A stretch of DNA of 63,799 bases, the filler included, from Choristocarpus tenellus KU-1152 (taxonomy: Eukaryota; Protista; Phaeophyceae): NCBI GenBank assembly GCA_964200185.2. It is 10 parts of 10 records of this genome, joined end to end, with 100 filler letters (N's around TTAATTAATTAA, not from the genome) between each part and the next. Parts side by side here need not be neighbours in the genome. Positions count along the whole stretch, not along the records: positions 1 to 19,747 come from CAXNAD020000444.1; 9 more parts are not named here. One strand, written 5' to 3'. A program made the position numbers and the translations under genes. The notes under the pieces were generated by a model that had not been told where the DNA came from, searched no databases, and saw only the letters and a list, made by a program, of their open reading frames with translations. Positions 1-13,000 of this stretch are shown one piece after another; the first letter of the stretch is position 1, and every line of letters starts with the position of its first letter.

Positions 1-202
1 CTACAATAAACTTCTTACCAAGCCCGTGGAGGAATTTCATATTTTCCTTCGATCCAAACCAATTATCCGCGCGCAAGATTTCAAACAAAATTGCTCCTTA
101 CCTAGTAAAAAATAATCCAGTTAAGTAATAGCACTCTTCCCCCTTTCTCCTTACCACACTGCAATATCGTCCTAGTGGTAAGATAGACCTTGGAATATCG
201 TC

Positions 203-2503
203 ATGGTTCGAGAGATAATTACAATACAAGTTGGACAGTGTGGAAACCAAATTGGAAGGCAATTTTGGGGGCAGGCTCTAGAAGAACACGCAGTCAACAA
301 CCCTGATGGAATATTTGACGATTGTATGAGTACATTTTTTCGCAATGTGGACACTCGGTATGACCAAAATATACCAATCGGTGATGGTAGACAACCCATT
401 TATAATCTGAAGGCAAGAGCTGTCCTTGTTGACATGGATTCGGCGCCAGTGTTACAAACACAAAAAGGGGAGCTGGGCGATCTCTTCGATCCACGGCACT
501 TTGTCACTGATGTCTCTGGGGCAGGAAATAACTGGGCGCATGGCAACTCCTTGTACGGTCCCAAGTACGCAGAAGAGCTCCTTGAGGTAGGTCCTTTGTA
601 AAGCAAGTAGGAGTGGGCAATGGCTAGGATGTCAATAACCTATGAAATGAGTAGACGTTTAGGTGTTGGCTCATTCACAATCGTAAGTTTCCGCGCCTTC
701 TCCGCCTTGTGTGTTGTTCATATTGTGTCGCACGCCAACTAGGCAGTACGAAGAAATGCTGAAGATTGTGACTCCCTCCAGTCTTTCTTCTTCCTACATT
801 CCATGGGCGGTGGTACAGGATCCGGATTGGGTACATATTTGCTGGACCTGCTGGAAAATCATTACCCCGACGTGTACCGCTTTACTTCGGCAGTATTTCC
901 GTCAGAGGACGATGATGTTATTACTAGCCCCTACAACACAGTTCTCGCTCTCAAGGAGCTAACGGAGCATGCAGATTGCGTGTTGCCAGTTGATAATGCA
1001 TCGCTCGCCAAACTTGTCACCAGGTAAGTGCCAATATCGTCCAAATTACTCTTGCTGTTGACTCCTCTATCACACAGTTACTTTTACTTTCTGCTCACTA
1101 TCATTGTGGATTAATTTCTAATGCTAGGTCAGCTGCTGTTGGAGAGGCTCGTGACAGCAGCAGAGGAAGAGCTGAAGAAAGCCATAGAAGTAGAGGCTCA
1201 GGTTTTGACAGTATGAATGGGCTTGTGGCAAGGCTGTTGACAGATCTAACAGCATCGATGCGTTTTGCTGGTGAACTCAACGTGGACCTCAATGAGATCA
1301 CAACAAACTTGGTGCCGTATCCAGGCTTGCATTACATTTTGTCAAGCCTCAGTCCTCTTCCAGTATTGGAAAAACCCCCTTCCCGAGGAGAAGATCAGTG
1401 GAGGTCAGAAATCAAAACCCCTTCAAAACATGGTTGCAGACAAAAAACAAGGTCTAGAGATGAAGGAAGGATACCTGCATTGAGGAACAGACCGCAGCAT
1501 GTCGCCCAATTGTTTTCTGATAGCTTCTCCAATTCCCACCAACTGATGCAAGCAAACCCTAGGTAAGTGAGGGAGGAAAGAGGGACAGATGCCTTGTGTC
1601 CTGTTCTAAGATATGTTCCATTTCTGGTCCCTCAACATGTGACCACCCTTGTGCTCCTGTTTGTTTTCAGGATGTCCATATTTCTTGCCTGTGGGTTCCT
1701 GATGAGAGGGAATGTGATGGTGTCTGACATTAATACCAACATAATGAGGATGTCAAATGAGCTTAAGATGGTCCACTGGAATCAGGAGGGGTTCAAAATT
1801 GGTCTATGTGGTGTGCCACCAGTAGGAGAGCAACAGTCGTTACTCTCTCTCTCTAACAATTGCTGCATTAGGCGAGTCTTTCTATTGTGTGATCATTAGC
1901 TTGAAGTGGGAAGTTTTGCATCAAGTCTGTTGGAATACTGGAGAAGAGGGCTGTGCCCCAAAGGTATTCTCATGAGAGAATTAATCTTTGGGTCTTTTGG
2001 TAGAAGTATGGGATTTATGACTGTTTTGGCAGTAGTAATAAAAAATGCCACCACTTGAAGATGATGCATCAATCCCTGATGTGGTGGAACATGACTTAAT
2101 CCCTACCTTTTTGTTTTTCCAGGTACACATTTGAGCACCTTCGGGAGCGCTTTGTGCAGTTGTACAGTCGGAGGGCAATGCTCCACCATTACACTCAGGT
2201 GGTTGCCGGAAATGAATGACCACTCATTTCACCACTGTCCAGTTGCAGGGTTGGATTGTGAGATTATTTGTTTTGGTGTATTGCTGTGATTTTTTTACAA
2301 AATGACTTCCCACAGTACACTCCAGAAGTAAAATGAGACACCTCACACTCAGGTTTCTCCTGTGGCGCTTTCTTGAACAGTTTGTGGAACAAGAGGTATT
2401 TGATGAAGCCCTGCTGAGTGTTGATGGGCTCATTGCTAACTACACAGAACTAGATAGGGAAGACAGTGGGAGCAGTGTACCCCGACTCCAGCCAGTATTT
2501 TAG
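203..2503 (+). CDS. TUBE1: Epsilon-tubulin, 6 exons (203-586, 743-1023, 1128-1562, 1671-1871, 2123-2198, 2381-2503), ~499 aa
   Basis: Motifs REIITIQVGQCGNQIG, LKARAVLVDM, SGAGNNWAHG, GGGTGSG, ELNVDLNEITTNLVPYP, HWNQEGFK and LYSRRAMLHHY match epsilon-tubulin. Exons join in frame through GT-AG introns plus one GC-AG intron. Confidence 0.95.
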
Positions 2504-2834
2504 GTGAAATAATCAGGTCTTCATGGAGAGAAGACAACTGCTGTGCTGCCTCCAAAAGTATATTGAAGGTGCTGAGACAGGTGAGTTGAGTTGATAGAGT
2601 CCATTGATGTGGAGATTGGGTTTTGAAGGATGCCTTGAAGCAGTGTTTTCATATGGAAATGCAGATCACCAAAGTATGATTCCCATACGAAACAAGCTTG
2701 TGAAACACACCTAACAAGAGAACATATTGCACAGAATAGGACAGAGACTTAAAGTGAAGATATCCTGGGTAGGATGTGGAGTAGGTTACACGTGGAGAAT
2801 ATGCCCATTATGTTTTAATGAGAATGCTGCCATA

Positions 2835-5800
2835 CTATGCATCCAAGGCGTAAGATGACATGCTTTGGCTTAGCAGTTGCTTTGCTTCTGCCCTTGCTCG
2901 TTTTGCGCCCATGTCTGCAATTTCTACCTGTTGAGGTGAGGGATCAAATGAGAGAAAGCAATCTTGGATGATGCACACCATGGGCAAATAACAGAAATTT
3001 CAGTGTGAGATTTCTCCAAGAGGATACTCTACCTTGCGTTCCCAGTTCTTCATCTCCAGCTGAAGGCGGTATATAGATGCCTTCTGCAGAATATAGTCAT
3101 CCACATTTGGCATCTGTGATGTGTCAGCCTGTTTGTTACGGAAAATAAAAATATTAGTGACTAGGAGCAGATATCATTGAATCATGCTTCCCAATAAATT
3201 GTTCAATGTGCGTATGTGTAGTGGTTAGTAGTACAAGTGAGATGCTTTCATGTGAGAATTCCTCATCTGTTGGATAAGGTTGTATGTTGAAGTGTGTGTA
3301 GATCACTGACTTGCTGCTGTCCCAGCTTTCTCTTTGTGCGCTGCTCCACTGTTATCTCTATTTCCACAGCTTTTGTTTCCTCATTCAGTTTGCTCAATGT
3401 ATCTGTTCGTGATCGAATCTGGAATTCAGGATGAGAATTGGCTTAGATCTATAGATGCATGGAAGATATGCATATTTTTTTGTTGTGTTAAGAGATGACT
3501 CAAGGGAATCCTCTCAAGCAATTACTTTTTGCTCTTCCCTTCCATCCCATTTCTACGTGCAACTGCTCCCCTGTCCGCAGCATACTGTAAGTATTATGGA
3601 GGGAAGGCCTATACCAGTAAGAGAAGAGTTTTGATATGAGTATTGGCTTGCTAGTTGAACAGAAGTTGTAAATATTGTACAGTGATGAAATTTATTGTCA
3701 GTCTTGTCCTCACCTCTTTCTCTAGCCACTCACTCTCAGCTTGCAAGTGGTTCAGGTTATTCTTAAGTGTGTTCAGTGCTTGTACTGTCCTTCCTGTTGT
3801 CATTTTGAGCTGGCCATATATGGGAAAACAAGTGCAGAGAAAGGAATACAAGATTGAAAATCATGGATCCCAAACCCGTGTAGAGAGACCATTGATGGTG
3901 TATTGCATTCTATCATGAAGGTTTGACAAAAAAAAAGTTGGAGGCAACTACAGTCTAAATGCTTCATTGAAGGGGAACTTGGTGACTCATTAAAGGTACA
4001 TGTATTCCAGTGCGTTTGTTATGGATGAAAACAATGATAGTCCTTACCTTCAGAAGCTCATCATTCCGTTCCTCAATACGACTCACGTACTGCTTGTTTT
4101 CTATCTGCAGTTGATGGAAGTCGATGTAATGAAGTGCATCACCCATATCGTCTTTTTGACGTAGCTGACTTTCCACCTGAAAGAAATTAATATTTGCACG
4201 AGGGAAGGGAAGTTATTGATAAGTGATCAGTCTTAGTATGCTAGAAGATTATTTTGCTCTTTTTGTATATATTGTAATATTATCATATATTATTCCCCGT
4301 GCTTAGTTGATTATCACTCTCATCCAGCAATGAGCACCTTTAAAAAAAAAAGTGTGGGTACAAGGTCCCCTTTATGGTTGACTTGTAGTATTGATGTTAT
4401 CAAAATGAAGAAATCGATTATGTTGATGTTCTCTTTCAAGTGAAGCCCTGCTAATATGATACTTCAGCATGTGACTACCATGGTAATACATAGTGTAAGA
4501 AAGGCTAGCCCTGCAAGAAATATTGGCTGTGCAGCCTGAGTGTAGCAAAGGATTTCTAGTGGAGTGTTCCATGAACCCATGAGATTCCTGGCGATACATT
4601 TGACAATAGAACAAAACATGCGCATAATGCACATACACTTGTGGAGGTAAGTTTTGTCAACTTTGAATGGTTCCACCTTTCAGTTGTAGATTGTAGCATA
4701 CTGCTGGGTTAATACAAAATGGGTTATCTTCCTGGAGAACAACTGTTTTTTTCTTCACCATGGTTATGTATGAGGGGATGATGTTTTGCAATGTTCCGAA
4801 TTTATGGTTAAGGCTAATCAAGCAGAATTTCTTTCAAACTTAATTAAATATTTGGTGCACAAGGCGACATGTGCAGGTTGCCAAATGTCTTGTGTACTGT
4901 GATGTGAACAACTCCCAAGCCTCCACAGGTCTGAGGCTGATCCAAAGCCATGAATGTTTTGTTGTGGGTAATGACACCTAGTGACATACGCTCTAAGTTG
5001 TTTGGTTCTCTGACCTCTGATGTGCTTTGTCACAGTTCTGCTCTTGTTGTCATTAAAACAGAGGATACGAACTTTGAGCTGAGTTATCAGATATTCTCAA
5101 ATAATTGAACAGAAGCAGCTGGGACTGTCACAGTTCACAACACTACAAATTTCAGCGAATTTCCGAGGAGGGATTCTCGTGCACATAAAGAAAGTAATGG
5201 CTGTACCTTTTGTATCTGACTCTTTAATGTGGCATTCTTCAGTCGTAGCTTTTCTGTAACTGAGTCTCGCTGACGGAGTTTGTCCTCCATGTACCGCACC
5301 ACCTGTGGTTATGACGCAACAAACATTTCATCTGGTTATGAGTCGCAAATGGTGCGCATACTGTGTAGGTATCTTAATTGCCACGATTGGACAAATTTTG
5401 AACCACTTATTGGGATCTGCTATATTGGTCCTCCATGCTTCCGATGACTTGAGATAATTGCCACCGCAACTACAGGTGTACCTCCATATCACTCATTCAT
5501 TTCGATCATCCAAAATATTGACAAGTATAAGGAATGGGGAGAACAGAATGCAGGTTGTTGAAAAACGAAACGATACCCGTGTAAGAACTGCTGCTATTGG
5601 GTGTGTGGCTTCTACGAGACGTGTTGCACGCTCTATGTGAGAGGTGCCGTCTACATGAACGCTCTCACCTTCTCCGCCATCGTCTTGCCAGTTCGCATAT
5701 TCTCTGCACCAACAACGATGTCCCTCTTGAACTCGTAGGCTTCTTTTTTTAACTCAGCTATACGGATATCAGTTTCTTCTAAAACGGCCTTCAGTGTATC

Positions 5801-6376
5801 GATGAGCTTTTCTGAACTTTTTTTGGTGCCCTCTAACTGAGAATGGTGTGGTGGGTGAAGGTTGCTGAGATAGAAAGAGATCATAAGGAAGAGGGGTCAC
5901 TCGATATGGCAGAGAAATTTGATGTTAATTACTATATAATAATCTACAACGAGAATATTTCTCCAAATTGAAATCCCTTCTTAGCCGACAAATTACACCT
6001 GACGCTTGCTTTCCATGCTAGATTCCGAGAAGGCACACATGGCTCTAGACTACCAGGAGTAAGAACGGTGACTCCAATTTCCTCTCCGTTCCTCTTCCCT
6101 CACATCTTTCTGCGCCACCTCCAGCTCATGATTGACGACATCGACTTTCTGCTCGATTGTAAGCATTGTCGGCATCTGCCTTCGGCGTTGTCGGTTCATC
6201 CTCTTCTTTTCCTCCTCCCCATCTGGTACAATTTCCAGAGCATTTCTTTTGTGGTAGGACTTGAACATTCTGTTTTCCAAGCGGAGATCGTCGAGCTCCC
6301 GCTGTAGCTCCTCCAGTTGGTCCATCTCGTCAACTTCATCTTCTGTGTCCCACCCATCATTGGTCAGTGTTGGCAT
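2835..6376 (-). CDS. CCDC113: Coiled-coil flagellar/centriolar protein CCDC113 (CFAP263), 8 exons (6376-6104, 5836-5669, 5302-5207, 4176-4048, 3809-3714, 3418-3311, 3128-3033, 2927-2835), ~352 aa
   Basis: Motifs LTIEQK, EAYEFKRDIV, EKLRLKNATLK, QLRQKDDMGDALHYIDFHQLQIENKQY and WERKVEIA are characteristic of CCDC113. All joins are GT-AG and in frame. Confidence 0.9.
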
Positions 6377-7046
6377 CTTGGATCCTAGACTCCCTGCATT
6401 CAAAGATGAAATGTTGAGACAATCAAATACTATGTAACTGTCATAGATGTTCTTTCCTCGTAAACGCCTCTCGGGTTTCGAGTAGGCCACAGAATCACAA
6501 ATGAGGATGTAGTAGGAGGATGTTTTTCGGTCTAATTCGTTAAACACCACGGAAAAGATAGCCCAGTCTCTTTTCCGGGATACTTCTGGTAGGCCTAACA
6601 TGAGAGAAGATGGGCGTCATTCCCTCCCTGATTCGGTGAGTCTTCCCTCTCCTCGAAACCCGCCGGAGAAGCGGGCACCAGAGAGTGATGCTGTTCCTCC
6701 ACAGGGGTTGGTCACCGAACTACGTCCCCCAGTCCTTGCGCTACAAGGATCTGCATCATCGAACCAGGTTTGATTGAGTGTATCCCTCTGCTTCGAAGGT
6801 TGACACCTCCTCTTTTCAGTCACTGCCTCCAGCGGTGAATCTTCCATCTCATCACCTTTTTTGGATCACAAAATGGTAGGGATGATGCATACTATTCATT
6901 CCACTTTATACGTGTTACCTAGCCTGGTGGAAGCTTTGCCTTTATCGCCTAGGAATTTCCTAACGGGGGCATCTTTACGTTCACATTGTGCGTCTTACTC
7001 CTTCCAGCTGCATGCTCATCAAGTTGCTAAGCGACTGGATAGTCGC
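6377..7046. promoter_or_regulatory. Probable bidirectional promoter/5'UTR region between CCDC113 and the MYB gene
   Basis: About 670 nt separate two divergent start codons, and the region is CpG-rich relative to gene bodies. No TSS data are available. Confidence 0.5.
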
Positions 7047-10000
7047 ATGTCTCCTCATGCAGCGAAGGCGAGAGGAATGTCTAACAGGATGACCGCACCT
7101 ATTGGTGGTCATGATAATTCACCATCTGGTTCATTTCGAGGATTACCTGCTGTGACTGGTGTCACCGAAGACTCTTCTAGCATTGGACAAGATCCTATTG
7201 ACCCAGGATCTGGAATTTTTGGTGGAATGGGGCCAGGCTATTCTTTAGGTCCAGGTTCAGGCGTTGAAAGGGAAAGTGGGGACGCTGCTGACGTTAGAGA
7301 ACATATATTCTCTCACGGGAGGCCGTTGATTCGTTCTAACTCGGCGTCATCTATAGCATCTGTTGATCAGGAAGAATCAGAGGTGCATTAGTTGTGTGCT
7401 TGATGTGCCCTATTTAGAAATAGACCGCCTCACCAAAACTGTGCTTCTTTCACCAAATACAACCCTCGACTCAGCCTGATTTACCATGTAGTGTCACTAT
7501 CTGTGGGTATCAAGGAAGTAAAGTTCTTGTTGAGGTTAGGTAGTAGTTGGATTTAGCTTGTTGGGTGTCAATGTCATTCGAGGAAGGTCACAGCAAAGGT
7601 TCCCAGCGCCCTACGATCGATCAACTTGCCAACCAAAAATACACTGGCGTATTAATACAATTTTTTTAGTAAGAGCGCCAACTTCGTACGAAGGTCCCAG
7701 TACCTAGGTGTGTTCATTGTAGTTGAGGCCAATTGTCTATGATCGGCGATACTTGTGCAAAGATCGATCCGCAAAATATCCTCAGAGAAAACGTGTGTAC
7801 AAATTTTCGATGTATGACTTTCATAAGAACCATGCCAGGTTGGAGGTGGGTGAGAGTCATTCTATGTTAGGTTTAGTTTGACCGGTTTCTAGTATTTTGG
7901 ACCAATTTAGTCTCCTGCCACCTCATTTCCAATACATCAAAATGCACCTAACCCCACTCAGGTGGGTGCGACCGTATAAGAAGATTATAACCGTTTGTTC
8001 ACATGAGTGTGCAATCACCGTTCAGAGTTGTAGGTGCACATTTGCAAGAAGACAATCTCAAGGACCTGAAATTCTTCTTGAATCCCCCATCTGACGTAGG
8101 ATGGCTTTGAACCTGTATCGGTTGTGAGACTTCAATCCAACATCTCAAAATAGTGTCAGCTTGATTGTGAACTTGTGTATGCTTAGGTTATGTGTACTGA
8201 CCTCAGGTACCCTTTCCCATGAATTGTTACTTTGGTCTTTCAAAGAGAAAATGAAAGTAGTTGTACATATTAGCAACTATTGATAGTATGAAGATACTGA
8301 ATGAGTGGTTAATATATTAATGTAACCCTCAGTGTTTTCCTCCTCATGAGCTGCCTATTTTTGTGGCACATCCTATATACGTGGTTACACTGCATGCCCA
8401 GAGGAACCAAGATAGATTGGAAAAAATTAAGACCTGTAAAGCTCAAAACTGTTGATGACCTTCCAAAATGGTGCAGATGCTTTATATAGTAGGTCAGGGC
8501 TAAAGAAAACGTTTTCACATATTCAATGCTTGATGTTGATGTGTATGACAGGAGTGGCTGGCAAGTTTGGTGGAGAAGAGCAAGGCAGCAGGAGCAAAAG
8601 GCGCTCGAAGTAAAGGGCCAAAAGGAGGAAAGTGGACAAAGGAGGAGGTAAGAAATGTTTAAATATCATGTTGGAAATTGTCCAAGAATCTGTCTAGCAT
8701 GTAGGATAATGGTTTCCTTGCGATGCTATCTGAAAAGATTGCAGATCTTCTGTGAAAATGAATCACTTGGGGCCATATGTTTATTGTTCTGATCAGTCTC
8801 CATTGCCTTCATTTTGTTGTACGGGATAATGAATGTTGACAGTCCTAAATGAGAGCACTAAGCTTAATCAAAGCCTAATCATATTTGGCAGTACATTGAA
8901 TCATAGGAATGAATTAGGATTTTGCTGTGGAAGAAAGTATTAATGTTAGGACCAAATGTATATGCTTCGAATGGTTTGAATCTCTTGAGTTAGAATAGTT
9001 GGCGATTCCTTTCGGAATACAGGTTGCAGAAAAATATTTTTTATCTTCACACTCTTCTGTACTACCCCATTTTTTGTAATGAAATTGTTGCACACTCAAA
9101 GGATACCCGCTTGAGGGAGATTGTGGAACTGCATGGGGCACGGAATTGGCGCATGGTTGCAGAACAGCTGGGCACGCCCCGTTCAGATGTACAGTGTCTT
9201 CACCGGTGAGTAAATGCTTCACATTCCTAGTCATCCAATGTATTGTTTTACTGGTCAAACATCTTCATGTTGAAGACTTCATCCTCCCATCTCCTTCACA
9301 GTTATCTATATTAATAGAAATCATGAACTGATTGACTGGTTGCCACTTCTGTGCTTAACAGGTGGAACAAGGTTTTGCGACCGGGACTTCACAAGGGTCC
9401 ATGGACAGAAAATGAGGACTCTATAGTGAGGGAGTGTGTGGAGCTTTGTGGAGCCCAAAAAGTGAGGGTGAACTGGTACATGAGAATGAGAGAAATTTTG
9501 TGTTGTATTAGTACTGAAAATTTGTTAATATGCTGATATCATGCAATATCATGCAATATCATGCACATTGATTTGGTGTTTTGTGCATGATTTCAAGAAC
9601 TTTTCATTGTCTATTTTTCAACGTTTTAGCTTTGTTCTACTTCTAAACCACCACATCAGCACTGCAGACACAGATTTGTCTGAACATTGATCTAGAGGGG
9701 TGTATGGGATGTTGTCAATTTATGTCATTTTGATGAGAATTGTGTACCATTAGTTTTTTGCTCTGTGTTTGATACTACCTGACTTGTGACATCTACATCG
9801 TAATGAAATCACTTGTAAACCACAAAATCCTACAAGATTTTATATTGATGAAGCTGGTGGGGATTTTTGTTCACTCTTTCCCTATGTAGATTCATTCCTT
9901 GTGTTTACTGACATAATGGTCTACCCTTTATATCTATGTTGCCATCATTACCCTAGGTCAAGTGGTCTTTAGTAGCCTCGAGACTTCCTGGGAGAATTGG

Positions 10001-13000
10001 AAAGCAGTGCCGTGAGAGGTGGTTCAATCACCTGGACCCCAGCATCAAAAAAGGAGAGTGGACTTCAGATGAAGACCGTATTGTCTTTGGGGCACAGGTG
10101 TGTTTCATGAAATCAGAGGTTAAAACATATTCAAACTAACATTAAAACTTAAAACACGTGTTGCAACTTTGCTAATAGTGTCGACACAACCACAGTAAGG
10201 ACCACATTATGTGCCCACCTCAATGCTCTGGCTTCCTGTATTTTTTTTGCATGAATACATACCTTATAGCATATACCAATAGAACCTTTCGTTTTCTAAA
10301 CAAGTGTTCCAGTTTTTGTCTGGAAATGCAGCAAACCCTAGCACCTTGTTTATCTGGAATCTTAAAAATGCTAATTCACGAAAGTGCAGTGGAATTACAA
10401 ATTGTGCTTTATTTTGAGTTCTATCCTTTCTTGAAATCAGTACATCAAATATTGTGAAGTGCTTCAATATTAATGATTGTGTATGATGCTAGGTGCTGTA
10501 CAAAATGTATATATTTACTTTTCTTGTGACTGTAAAATTAATATTTTTCTCCTTTGATGAAATTGATGTATTTTTTGTTATTGTTATTGTTGTTAAAACC
10601 TGAATCAAATGCATTGTACTTCTGAGTAAAGTGTGTAGTCTGCATTGCCTAGGGAATTTACAGTGCTGCAAAGCACCAATGTATTTGTTCTGTTGCAACT
10701 AAGGTCATGTGAATTCAGTGTTATTTCATGAGATACTCAACGAAATAATTCCATGCTCTGTGGAGAGGCCTGTTACCTTGGCTGACAAGGGTTTCCGTGG
10801 ATGGTGTAACCCTGAATATATAGCATCCTGGCATGCATCTGGTACACTTATTGCAGATTGACCTTGGTGCATTATGAGGGGGTAATGACATCCAAGAAAG
10901 AAATAAAAATCAGCAACTACAGTAGAACTGTCATCTTCTGGTGATACGAAAAAACAGAGAGAAAACAAAAAAGGGCAAACAACAGGTCAAGCTTGAATCA
11001 ATATGTGATCCAACTCAAGTGACACATACTATTCCTGTGTGTGGAATGTGAAACGACTGTTCTGTACTGTGTTCACATTTTGATGATGGTAATTGATGTG
11101 AGTGGTGATGAACTAGTGACAGTATCGACCAGTGTGTAACGAACCAATCAACAGTCAGTATTGAATGGTGGTATTGTATCATATCAAGAAAAACAAAGGA
11201 GTAGTCTTTGTTTTAGCAATTGGTACTTGAGTTTGCCGGTACTGGGAGACATAAGTCATGTTAATCTTGACTTCTGTTTGATGAGGAGTGTTTGCTTGTT
11301 TGCAGCATTCCACTCTATGAGGCACAGGAGATGAATTGCTTATTTAACCTGTAACTGTATGTATATTACTGTGGTCGGCAGTTGTGAGGTGATGTGAGGT
11401 GATGTGAGAATGGACTATGCTACCTCGGAAATATTGGTGACCATTCCCACACTCCAATTGCCTGTAACTCATGGCTGTGAATTTTGTGTATTCTAATCAA
11501 TCTAATGCTTACACTTTTGTTCCATTTTTTTCCTTCAAATGGAATATTCGAACTTCGCTGTTCCAAGTTACTCTCATCTATTCCTCACAATGATGATGCA
11601 TCCATCCATCTATTCAGGACAATTTGTTGCACTAAAGAATACTGTTAAAATGGTATATCTATCTTTAGTTGATATTGGTGTTGCTCTAGCATGTTTTTTT
11701 TTTCCCTTGACAGTGTGTAGTTGAAGGTCTGTTGCACTTGCACTGCATGGCATGATACAATTGTTATGTCTCTTGCACATTTGTTGTTTGTGTAATGTTC
11801 ATGCTGTAGTCTGCATTTTCACTTTCATGAGGAACTTCTTGATCCAAGAGTTTTGTTGTTGATCCAAGAGTTTTGTTGTCAACCCATGCAATTGTCAGGC
11901 GTACATGGGTAACCGCTGGTGCGAGATTGCCAAACTTCTTCCTGGTCGGACAGAAAATGCAGTAAAAAACCGCTTCAACTCCTCAGCAAGGAAGAAGTGG
12001 TTGGACCAGAATCCAGGTGGAGCTGGTCAGCTTACTCCTGAGCTCATCAACAAGGTATAGAATCACATATTTTGTTTTTGGTGTAAAAAGTCTTACGTCT
12101 GCAGTTGGAATTGCAAAGTGTGTCAGCACTATATCTAGCACATTAAGTGCAATGTAGATTTTAAATGTATACTATATAAAGATTCCATGGTGCGTGATTC
12201 CTAACATGACCCTAACACATTGCTTTTCCAGCTGAAGGAGGCGTACGAGCAGATGCAAGCTCAGTCATCCAACACAGGCTCACAAGGAGCTTCAGATGAA
12301 AGCGGCACAGACAATGAACTGAACAAGGTGTTGATATTTGTTTCCACAAACTTTGATACCCTGTCGTGTGATATATATATATCTGTGTGTGTGTGTGTGT
12401 GTCTGACCATGGATATTCCCGAAATATCAGGAAGTTTGTTGCTTACAGATATTTTTTTGTCAACACTCTCTTTAGGACAGCATAATTATTTTGCAGAGTT
12501 CAATCCTTGTGCCTGGTGTATTTTTTACTTGTTGGAATGAACAGTTTGAATAGAGCCCTGCTGTCCTGTCTGGCCTCCTGAAAAAAGTGGACATCTTTGT
12601 TCCCCATCATCTCTCGTGGACCACCAGGAAACCTCTCAGCGTCCTTCCCCATTAGGGCGACACAGACGACGAGACTCAACCCCTGTTCCTATTCCTGAGA
12701 TGGCTGGTCAACATCGTGTTTCTGATCAGAGGGCATCTCCCCCAGTGCCATCACACACCAGGCGACACTCAGCCGCAGCAGTGCTTGCAGGGGCACAGCA
12801 AGGGCGACTCAGGGGGCAGGGGCATTTGATGCAACCAAATCAGCAGGAACTAGACCAAACGTTGGTGTCACAGGCCTTAGTCCAAGCACAGGTAAGCTGT
12901 TAGTTTTGAAAATAGGGAGGAATTTAGGTATGTAAAATTATTTTCATCATGCAAAGGTCCCACTTAATAAATTTCATCACAGTGTGACATAGGCTGTTGG

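Noticed and set aside
6377-6601. N-terminal extension of the CCDC113 ORF to 6601
   Set aside because: It rests on a run of open frame with no coiled-coil character. The ATG at 6376 gives a typical CCDC113 length.
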